Of a DNA stretch of 64,000 nucleotides, positions 53,470 to 64,000 are shown piece by piece; positions within the stretch are counted from its first letter, which is position 1, and each line of letters opens with the position of its first letter. Source of the stretch: Camelus dromedarius (lineage: Eukaryota); contig NC_087437.1 in the NCBI RefSeq assembly GCF_036321535.1, positions 101,744,001-101,808,000 of the forward strand, written 5' to 3'. The position numbers and the translations under genes are program-made. Under the pieces are notes generated by a model, which saw nothing but the letters and a program-made list of their open reading frames with translations, ran no database searches and was not told the origin of the DNA.

Positions 53470-53649
53470 GTATTCTAATTAAAAAATATAATTATGTTTC
53501 TTAAGTCATGTAAACAGCAGTAAATTATAATCTCTTAATAAAATTAGTCCTAAGATAAATATGCAAATGCATCTTCTAATAGATATAATTTTAAATGACA
53601 CTAATCTGTTGTACCTATATTTCCCTCTTCAAAAAATTTGTGTACTAAG

Positions 53650-53805
53650 TAAACACACATGTCAGCCATCAATCCCTACCTACCAGTATTCCTGCCTTTT
53701 GGAATCCCTTTCCCTTGAATGTGGGCTGAACCCAACAGTTAATATATCACAGCAGAGGTGAAAGGTTACCACATCTATAATTAAATTACAAAAGACTGAA
53801 TTTCT
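53650..53805 (+). mobile_element. MLT1 LTR fragment
   Basis: aatccctttcccttgaatgtgggctg...gcagaggtgaaagg...attacaaaagactg. Confidence 0.55.
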
Positions 53806-54049
53806 GTTGTAGAGTATAGAATTTGATTCCAGGAATGTACGGTCAAAGATCCTTGTAGGGCCACTCCTCTGAACATTCTGTGCCTGCTTTTATTAAGTTA
53901 TGGTTATACCAAATTTAATGACTAAAAAATAACATGAATGTCAAGTGGATGCTTACCTGTTCCACTATGAAATACACTCCTAGCTTGTCAATAACTCTCA
54001 GACATAAGTCTGTTTATAGGCCAACGGCCTATCACAGAGGATAGGCTTT

Positions 54050-54560
54050 TCAAGGTAAATACTCAAAATGTTTCTCTAGCCTTCCTACAACAATTTAAAA
54101 CAATGTTCTGTGTGTGTCCTGGGTAAAGGAAAATACTCAGGCATGTAGTAATCTTCAGAATGGTGATTCTTTTCTAATGATGGGTGCTAGGGGTCCCAAT
54201 CTGCTAGAGAGAATGCAAACGATAAGTGGCATGTTAGCCGTATCTGCTTCACAGTAGGCTCAGTGGGAACCAAAAACCAAACTAACACCATGATTATTTT
54301 CTCTAGTCTAGAGAATGTTTAGAATAGATAATTCTGCAATAGGAAAACTTCCCACTGTGGTTCCCTGATTTTTGGAGCATGGATTTTATGATGAAAAGAC
54401 CAAAACAAAGCCCATTAAATTCCCTTCTCCTAAAATATAGTCAATCAAAACAACTGCCTTCTACTTGGGGGATTACAGAGACCAGCAATTCAAAGTCTTG
54501 AAAGAAGCACTGGCATAGTTTTCTATTTCCTCTTTTTTCGTTGGACTGGTCACAATGGCC
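54050..54560 (+). mobile_element. ERV-L-type internal relic (protease/RT start)
   Basis: Decayed peptides GKG (ctgggtaaaggaaaatactcag), TVGSVG, IVNQ, GITETS and KVLKEA. They are collinear with the recalled ERV-L sequence WGKGNTQ...TVGPVG...KIVNQKQYRIPGGIAEISATIKDLKDAG. Confidence 0.65.
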
Positions 54561-54569
54561 AATTCTAGT

Positions 54570-56390
54570 CCATACCTTCATACTTTGCTATACCTTTTAG
54601 CAGTTTCTGTCAAGGTTAGCCTTCTCTCATCCCTAAAATTCTTTCTTTGGGTGTCTTCCTGAACCCTGCACTCCCTTGATTTTCCTCCTACTTCTTCTAT
54701 TGCTCCTTCTCAGCTTTCTCTGTTTCCTCACCATTTTCCAGTCCTCTCCTCTTTGTCCAGACTTTGTACTTCTACTTCCTTCTTCCTCCATCAAAACTCT
54801 GTCTTCCAGTGTTTCATCAAGCTTCATGGCTTTAGTTACCATCTCTATGTTAATGATTCCCAAATTCATAACTTCAGGCCACTCCCCTCCTCTAAATTCC
54901 AAATGTGTGTATTCAAATTCCTGCCACACATCTTGACTTAGATGTTTAATTTGCAACTCAAACCTCTCAGGTCCAAAAGTGAACTCCTGATTTTTATTAT
55001 CACCACTCCAAACCTACTCTTGTTTGGTTTTCTTTTTAATTAAGCATCATAACTTCATCCTTCCCTTTACCATTTTGCTCACACAAATCACCTTGGAATA
55101 AGTTTTGACCTGATTTTCCCTCTCACATACTACATCTAAAGTGTTAGTAAATGTGGTTGGCTTTACTTAGATATACTGAAGTATTTCCAGAATCCAATTC
55201 TCTCTCTCCACTCCACTGCTATTACCCTGATCCACATCATTATTACCTTTCATCCAGATTTTCAGAGATTCCTAACTGGTTTCACTGTTTCTAATCTTTA
55301 TTACCTCCTCCCCAGCCCCCAAGCCTATTCTCAACACAGAAGTGAAAATCATCTTCTAAAAGTATCAAACAGATCTTATATCTCATCACCTTACTACAGT
55401 TTTCCATTTCTTTAAGAGTAAATGCCAAATCTTATAGGAGAGCATACAAGATCCTGCATGATCCAAATTGCCACTTCCTTTCTGATTCCTTTCTCACTCT
55501 CTTCACCAACACTCACAGTGTCAGCCACATTGTGAGTCCATTAAACATGGCAGCTGACTTCCCCTCTGGGGCTTATGTACTGTCTGGCTCCTCAACATGA
55601 ATCACTTGCTCGCATTCTTCAGTACTCTGGGAACATATCACCCTCTCTGTGTGGCTGCCCTACTGTCACTCGCCTTCCAATATTGCATGTCTTCCTACTA
55701 AACTCTCTTCCCTTAGCAATGATTACCATCTGTCATGCAATATGTTTTATTTATTTACAGATGGTCCCAGACTATGATGGTTCAGCTTATGATATTCTGA
55801 CTTTATGATGGTGTGAAAGTGATATGCATTCAGTAGAATCCTTGCTTTGAATTTAAAATTTTTACCTTTTCCTGAGCTAGCAAGAGGATGAATGGTACTC
55901 CCTCACGATGCTGGGCAGTGGCAGAGTGCTGCAGCTCCCAGCCAACCACACAAACACGAGAGTAAACAACTGACATACTTAGAACCATTCTGTACCCAGT
56001 GACCATTCTGTGTTTCACTTTCAGTATGGTATTCCATAAATTCCAGAAGATATTCAGTTACAGAGCAGGCTTTGCGTTAGATGATTTTGCCCAACTGTAG
56101 ACTAATGTGAGTGTTCCGAGCACTTAAAGGTAGGCTAGTCTAAGCTATGATGTTCGGTAGGTTAGGTGTATTAAAGGCCTTTTTGATTTACAATATTTTT
56201 AACTTACGATGGGTTAATAAGGATGCAACCCCATCAGAAGTTGAGGGAGATTTGTAGCTTGTTTATTTTCTATGTTCTTCCACTAGAATGAAAACAACAT
56301 AAAGTGTTATATTTCTGTTATTAAGCTGTTTCAAAACTCACACTTAGAACCGTGCCCAGAAGAGTATACAACATTTTTGATGGACAGATG
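54570..56390 (+). mobile_element. L2 (3' part) interrupted by Tigger5/MER47
   Basis: C/T-rich L2 blocks (catggctttagttaccatctctatgttaatgattcccaaatt, cctaactggt, cttccactagaatg). Confidence 0.85.
55758..56254 (-). mobile_element. Tigger5/MER47-family Tc1-mariner derivative
   Basis: TA on both flanks (55756-55757, 56255-56256). TIR-like ends cagatggtccc...gggagatttg. Contains ctaagctatgatgttcggtaggttaggtgtattaaa. Confidence 0.9.
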
Positions 56391-57609
56391 ATTAAAGCTT
56401 AAAAGTTTTTAATTAAAAAAAGAGTAGAAATGTTGCTGATTTTATTTTAAATCCTCTTTGCTTTCTGAACAATATGATGAAAGTTTGAAAACACCCTATT
56501 ATAAAATTTCAGTCCATATCTTGTTAAAAAAAGTAACAATTTATAATGGCAACAGAATTATTTTTTGAAGACTTTATAATATATATAGTTTTTTTTTTTT
56601 AGATTTCATAGTGTTCAAGAATATTTCTTTTTTTCCTCTTTGATAAACTATTACAAAATTTTTTAAAGCAATGCTGAAAACCTGGGGAGTAGTAAGTATT
56701 TTTCTCAAGTTAGTGGTAAGATTTTCTATTTTATCAATCAGTGCCAGTCCCAGTTGCTATGAGATATACTTCAAAGCCAATGCAAGAGCCTATGTGTATG
56801 CTAACTGAAAAACTGTATTTGCCTTTTTTTTTTTCAAATGGAATTTTTCTGAGTTGAAAATGAACTAATTTTAAATATCCTGCCTAGCTGCAATTTCAAA
56901 GATGCACACTTATTACCCACATGTGAAAACAGATAGCAAAAGCATGCAGAGTACACAAAAATGTTCTCTTAAACTGCTTCTTCATTCTTCTTTTACCTTT
57001 TTAAGGAATGATTCCCTGTGGTTCTATAGAAAATGTGTTCTATAGAATATCCAAACACAGTAAGATTCAGAAAGATGCAAAAGTGATTCTGTACATTCAA
57101 CATCTGTCTCCTTCTAGGCTTTCCAAATAATCATGTAGGTATCTCCAGCATTGCTTTTCAGTGTTGTCATTTGGTAGGTTTTCTTCAAAGTTGGCTATAG
57201 TGCAGAGTTCTTTACTGGATGGCCATTTGTTGGTGACTTAGTATAATACTAACTTAAAAATATGTTTGTCAATGCATAGTCAATACTAGAAATATAAATT
57301 TCAGTGTTGCATAACACATGATAAACTGAAATTTGCATATAGTAAAATATTTAATCAATAATGCTTAATTGTCTATTATTCTGTTAAAGCAACTGAATAT
57401 TGTACAGACATAAAATAGGATGACTCTGTTAACTAAATGTGAAGCATATGAGACCTTTTAACTTAGAGGAAGGGTCAGGATATAAATTCAAATATCCTCT
57501 AGTCTATATATCTAAAATCTATAATTTATATATCTAAATACTGTATAATCTGTTTAATTACAATTAACTCCCTTCTGGCACAAACTAATGTTTGACTTTA
57601 GGTAAATAC

Positions 57610-58020
57610 TTCAATCTAAATTAGCTAGGCTCTACTGCAATAATCTCATGATTTTATGATTTAAATAAGTTTTTTTTTTCCCCTTGCTCATGCTGTATGC
57701 TTTGTTACGTGTGTCAGAGAGCCTTGATTAAGATGGCCAAATTTAGCACATAAAAAAAAAAAAGACACTCAGTTAAATTTAAATTTCAGAAAAAACAATA
57801 GATACCCTTTTAGTCCAAGTATGCCTTATGCAATATTTGGAATATACTTACACTCATTTTGTTGTTTTTATGTGAAAATCTAATTTAACTGGGTGTTACG
57901 TATTTTTTTTTTTTTTTTTTTTCTGACAACCCAACCCTTGATTGTCACTGAGGGAATCAGACTGACAGAACAGCCATGATCCCAGACATCGCTGGCCATC
58001 ACATCAGATAGGGGAGCCTG
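57610..58020 (-). mobile_element. Old MLT1J/K-like LTR interrupted by MER53
   Basis: ttagctaggctctactgcaataa...cttgctcatgct, resuming as gtcactgagggaatcagactgacagaacagcca. Confidence 0.55.
57729..57934. mobile_element. MER53 palindromic hAT element
   Basis: Matches the recalled MER53 consensus. 8-bp TSD gccttgat (57721-57728) / cccttgat (57935-57942). Confidence 0.9.
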
Positions 58021-59258
58021 AAGTTTCCAAATCAGAGGCTAAAAAAATCAGACCCTTCAATCTTATTTTTTGCCCTGTGCCATTACAGACTACCCAGGAG
58101 TGTAGGGTTGCTTTTTCCATCTCCTGTTTTATGTAACTAATTCAGCCTCTAGGAGTCCTCCACAGATTTATAACCAGTTTGTAATATTACCCCTTGAGAG
58201 AATAAATTAAGGAGAATATGCTTCAATATAATTATATTTTATTCTTTATTAAAAATGAGAATATATTTTCTACTAACTCAGTAATATGGTTCAGAAAGAT
58301 ATAAAGCCTTTGGTTATATCTAAGTGATCATATGCTATATTAGCTAAAAGGAATGTTTGAAATTGCATAATTACACGAAATGTTTATTAAGTTTAGAACA
58401 AAATAAAATGTAAAATAGGGTAGGTTGGCTAATAAAATAAACATTGCTGGAATATTCCAGTTGTACTAATTTTTTAAACTGTTACTGAAAACTATTTTTT
58501 AACAGTCATTGCCCCTAAGTCTGTTTTTATTTAGAACAAGTCTTGCATTAGAAAGATGTAGATCCATCTGTTGTTCCATATTTCCCTAAAATTTCTTGAG
58601 AAATAAAGCTCGACACTGTCTATATATTATCAATCTCTCTTATAAGGGAAAATCAAATTATAATTTATTATAAACAGCTACTTAAACTTAATAATTTGTT
58701 ATCTAGATATTGGAATAATCAAGGCTAGTTAAGAGCAAATTGGGTTAATTTCAATGATGAAATTTTGGTTCAATTTGGGAGAATAAGAGAAATCTTTTTT
58801 TTAATATTCGAATGTGATCAAATATAGAAGTGTTTTTTAGTTTGGGATGTCAAAATACTGGTATGCATGAAGAATATAAGCAAGCAATACAGATAAACAA
58901 AGGAGTAGTTAATCAACATTTTGTGAATGATTTAAAGTATGTTTATAATTTTTCTTATGTCAAAAAACTATTCCTTAATGTTTTTCTTTGCTTATTTGTT
59001 TGTTTTTGCCTGGAAATGGGGAATTTTCCTTATGGCTCAGGGAACTTGTTATCCATGAATCTGGAAATTCTGTAGGCCTCTTTATTTTCAAGGATGTTCC
59101 AGTAAAACTTTAGAGTATTACTAAGTGAGGTGATATTTAGCACTTTGTTTTCTGCTGTAGGATCTGAAGGTATTTGATATATTTTTGAGCAGTAATTTCG
59201 AGATTATTAATTTTCTTGAAAAAAGAATCAGTAATTCTGGATTAGAGGTCTCTTTTTA

Positions 59259-59618
59259 TGTCTTAGTCCGTTTGTACTGCTGTAACAGAATATCACAGAC
59301 TGGGTGGCTTATAAACAACAGAAATTTATTTCTCACAGTTCTGGAAGCTGGGAAATCTAAGATCAAGACACTTGAGATTTGGTATAGGGTGATGGCCTGT
59401 TTCTTGGTTCACAGGCAATGTCTTTTTGCTGTGTCCTCACATGGAAAAAGGGGAGAGGGAACTCTCTGGAGCCTCTCTTTAAGGCACATTAATCCCATTC
59501 ATTAAGGCTCCAACCTTATGACCTAATAACCTCATAAAGTCTCCACTTTCAAATACCATCCCATTTGCGATTAGATTTCAAGATATGAATTTTGGGAAGA
59601 CATATTCAATCTATAGCA
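59259..59618 (-). mobile_element. MaLR solo LTR (MLT1A-like)
   Basis: tgtcttagtcc...gggtggcttataaacaacagaaatttatttctcacagttctggaagctgggaaatctaagatcaag...ctatagca. Confidence 0.9.
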
Positions 59619-61399
59619 ATCTCCTCCTGTAAATATAACTTTCCATCATTATTAATAGTAATTATTTACATTTTGGGGGTATATTTGAGCTTCAAAACCT
59701 TATGGTTAGTATTAAAGCATCTGTATATCTATTGTAAGCTTTAACACATAAACTCATTAATGTTTAATACCACACTATGGTTATCATAAAATAAAACAAT
59801 TAGTTACCTGAAGCTGTATGTCTTGATTATATTCTCATTATAATATGTAGGTAGGCATCTTTATTATTATTATTATTATTATCATTATCAGTGAATTGAC
59901 ACGATCAAAGTTGTGGGAATCAAGGCTATGGAAAATACAACAGAAGTTCTACCCACAGAACTCCACATCCACACACCTTACACAGATCATCAGCTGCTGT
60001 TAAGAATATATTGTTAAGGGTACCGATTAAACGTTAAGAACATTAAATAAGCACTAAGTGCTAGTGTTTTGTCCTCCAATTTCTCTGTCCTAGTATTTTT
60101 ATTGGCAACCATATAAAGGTTTGCATTATATCAGAATAAAGAAGAAGAGTAATTTGTACAAGCTTGGGAAATCATATAGAATAATTACACTGCCTTTGTG
60201 ATAGAAGATAAAATTGTTTAAATAAATATATTTCATCAATTTACTTGAAATTAATATTTTTATGGTAAATATTTCAAAAGATTAGCAACTGATGACCACC
60301 TGACACAGTATTAATAGAATGCCATTCTCGTTAGCATAGTTCACTCACAAATATTCTATAAGAGCATTCCAAAATGCTCCCCAACAACAAAAGTAATGGT
60401 GTCAAAAATTTAAAAACTTTACTACAAATAATCTTCCCCTCAGATTTGAGAATTACAAATGGTGAAATGTTGTGGTCTCTATAGTTTAGAAAATGAAAGG
60501 AGAGTGAGAAGCTAGAAACCTTGTATACAAGAACAACATTATGTAATGGGAGATGATAATTAAAACATTTGTAGTCTAATGTGATTTCCACATAAATAAA
60601 CTCTGCTTTTTCATGTATCTGGAAAAGGATAAATATTTGACTCCAACTTATTTCACCTTCCAGGTGCCTTTTATAGAAACTCAGCCACTGGACCTTTCAC
60701 CAAGTAGGCCAAGGTTGAGGTTCTAAACCCTCAAGACATTTAAGATCTATGACTGGAGTTGACAAAACCTCTCCAAAAGCTCAAGTCTTCAGCATCCTCA
60801 AAACAGTCTGCTGGAATACAAGCCCTATACATGCTCCTTGAAGCTGTGAGAATCTGTTCCTGTCACAGAATGGTGTTAATGGAAAAGAAATACAAATTTG
60901 TATTTTGACTTTGTCAAAAACAAATACAAATATTACTTTGAAAATAATCCAGTTTTATAAAAAAAAACCTGTTTATAAAAACATACAATAATTTTCAAAC
61001 ATTAAAGAACTTGATCCAAGAAATATTTGTTAACATACCTTTCTTTTCTTATTTGTTTTCTTTATGCCTTTGAACTCCTCAAGGCATTCCCCCTGCCTAA
61101 ATACCTTGAATGTGCCACTATTATTTTTAATCATAAGCCTTCTATCACTCAATGACTGTTTCTTTCTGTCTGGTTTTGCTTGCTTTCCCCTATTTCCCTG
61201 TATTAAAACCTGCAAATCATAACTGGAAAAGACAGACCTACTTAGAAATTCCTGGGAGCAACTACAGAATGGAAATGAGCAGGTGAATATAAACCCCATT
61301 TAGAGTGCAGAGAGTACAGGGGTAGGAAACAGCAGCAGTGGAAGGGAAATCTCTGGGATTTTCATACCTTCAAGTACTAAGAATTTTTGTCTTGCTCAT

Positions 61400-62090
61400 G
61401 ATCATTTATTCTCCTTAACTTTCAAATTTATGTCTTTAGCTCAGATCACCATTTCCATACCATACTGTCAATTTATTTTTTGCATTTACACTTGGTTGTC
61501 TCAAAGACAATTCACAGATAAAATATTCAAAGCGAACATCATGAAATATCCCTCCAGTACCAATCTGATCTTCTCATAAGTTTCTACATTCTATGGAAAT
61601 CCACCAACAATCATCCTGTTGTACAATCCAGAACTTGATATTCATTTTTAATACTTTGCCAACCTTAACATGCAAGTTTCTCTCTCTTTTGTGTCCTGTC
61701 GATATTATGTCTTATTTATCACCATCTCTTTGCTTAAATTACACACTAGCTTCCTGGTTGATTTCCTCTTAATTCCTGTTAGCTTCTCCTAGTATATTGT
61801 CTATGTTTTACAAATGGTGAACATTTTAGAAGTATAAAATACTTCAATCGTTTTCCATTTTATTAGGGTAACTTTAACTTGGTCTCCAATGCCAAGTGAT
61901 CTAATTCTTCTCCACCACTGCCACATGATTCCGTGCTTCTCTACCTTTTCCTTCTACAACCCAGTAAGAAGCAAAGCTTCTTATAATCACAAGCCTTTTT
62001 ATCACTTTTCTGGAAGAAGTTTTAATGTCTTTAATGTTACAGGATTATTATCAACTAGGTTTCCTCTTTCAGGAATGTTCTCACTTTTTC
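61400..62090 (+). mobile_element. L2 fragment
   Basis: caaatttatgtctttagctcagatc...cacttggttgtctcaaagaca...agcttcctggttgatttcc. Confidence 0.6.
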
Positions 62091-64000
62091 ATTCTCATAG
62101 AAATTAGGAAATGTAAAACCAGGTAAGAATTGGTTGAATCAGATGAAGAAGGAAGACTGAGCAGATATTATTAACTAAATGGAAATAGTGGTTTTGATAC
62201 TTTCTTAACCTAGAATTATAAGAGCAATTTTAATAGAAATAGAGAAGTGACGATTGTATTTAAACATAGATAATGGATTCTTGGATTACAATGGATTATT
62301 TTCCTAGGAAATTATTGTGAACTATTCTCTGGAAAAAAAATAATTACCTGAAATATAAATTCCGTTTTATTTTAGAGCTCACATGAAAAGGTCTTAACAT
62401 TATTCTATAAAGACAATTTAGTTTCAGGGATGAGGATATTGGATTTCAGTTATATTTTAGAAAAAGGGGATTAGTTAGATGACTTATAAAGACCCTTCAA
62501 GCTCTATGCTTTCATAAGTTAGTTTCTTTCTTTTTTATGGAATCAAATCACTTAACTTTTAGTTCCAGTCACAGGAATAAGATACTTGAAGCTTAGGGTC
62601 TTTGGAAAGGGCTCTGCTATTGACCAAATCTTTAAAACTTGCCAAATTGTTAAGTTCTGTTTTCCTGTTTCCTTTAAATGGCACTTCCCCAAAGTACCCT
62701 TTAGGACTCTTTGAAATGTTAATTAGCTAATGTAAGAAAAGCACTCAAGTAATGTTAAATGCCTCTGCTAATGTATTAACTGGAAAGTTCACGTGTATCA
62801 GTCTTTTAAAGCACCTCTATTCTTCTGTCTTTATATGCAAAACCAGGAAAATACAACTTTAAACAGGAGTTCATTCATTCAAGAAAAATCTGGTCTCTGT
62901 CAATTTGTGCTAGTGTAGCAGTGTTGCGAGATGCTAAGGGTCTTGTTTTGAACAAACATTCAGATTTACTGTCTTTCCAATTTACGTTCTCGTGGGGGAA
63001 TTAAAAATAGATTTTCATAAAAAAGAACACTGTGAGAGAAGGGCCTGAGGTAGCTAGGAATAGGTTCAGAAGACTGTGTGACTAAAATACAAACAGCAAG
63101 GAGAGATCAGACATAGGATGAGTCAGTGGTCTTCAAACTTTTTGAATACACACCTCATCTTTTAAACGTATAGAGTATTCATTCATAGTATATATAAACA
63201 TTTACTTACTTACACTAAGTTACTGTCTAAGTAGAAGCCCTAGTAGTATATGTTATCAAAATACACCCGACATAAAATATTAAGGTAAAGAAAAACACAT
63301 TTGAATTCATCAATGAAACAACAATTCTTTTTTCTTTTTCTTTCTTTTTTTTTTTTTTTTTGCTCTCACTGAAAATATTGTAATAACATCAGACGGGCTT
63401 ACTAAAATCACAGGTACACATTTTCAATTCCATCCTCCAAAGTTTCATTTTTAAAAGAACGGCTCTATTCTTTTATCTTCTCTTTGGTCACTCAGTTACT
63501 CTTGCAAACAAATCAGAGTGTGTTGCATTTTTATGCTTTAAAATATGGGTTTAAAACTTCCTGAAACTCTCTTGGAAAATGGTTGAAAAGATCAGAAATC
63601 TATGTTGCTTCTTTGTGCACACTATCCTTTAATATCTGAAGGCATTACACATATTCAGGGTAAAGATGCAGGTTAATATATTTACATTAATAAAAATTTA
63701 AAATGATATTTAAGGTATTTTATTTGTCTAACTTTTTGTTATATCTGATTCAATTTCCACTGCATTTCATAATAAAACTGATATCTTACATTAGAACGGG
63801 AAATGTGAGTACTACATTTTTTTTCAAGTATAATGACATTAACTCCTTGAATCTAAGGGAGAGGGCTGACAGAAAATTTTAAGTTAGTTTCACATACTAT
63901 AAAAATTAGTTAAATGATGAAATTTATAAATCAGGCACAGATAAATTACAAAATACTAGAACATTATAAAGGAAAAGAATAAATGTAGGGATAATTAATT

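Noticed and set aside
54633..54956. 107-aa basic ORF
   Set aside because: Antisense reading of an L2 relic.
60664..60850. Plus-strand acceptor followed by an exon-like block
   Set aside because: Early stop in the natural frame and no strong donor.
1..64000. CRISPR arrays, tRNA/rRNA genes, prokaryotic systems, young tRNA-derived SINEs
   Set aside because: None seen. The sequence is mammalian non-coding DNA.

Overview
This is AT-rich, CpG-depleted eutherian genomic DNA. The youngest L1 3' ends resemble cetartiodactyl L1s, probably camelid (inferred from recalled consensus sequences, no search was run). I found no intact protein-coding gene, RNA gene or CRISPR array. The ORF-track entries are chance ORFs or lie inside repeats, so the window looks like a gene desert or a very large intron. 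It is rich in interspersed repeats: 5'-truncated L1s, L2 and MIR relics, MaLR (MLT1) and ERV1 solo LTRs, an ERV-L pro/RT relic, a probable decayed Gypsy-type pol relic, two MER53 elements and one Tigger5/MER47. The standout feature is a ~490-bp inverted repeat (15683-16179 vs 16829-17318) that I cannot assign to a known transposon. The arms are ~90% identical by hand alignment and separated by a 649-bp loop. Their mismatches are skewed towards G-U pairing in a minus-strand RNA, and the loop holds a candidate 84-nt, frame-preserving minus-strand exon. All repeat family names come from pattern recognition and need RepeatMasker/Dfam confirmation.
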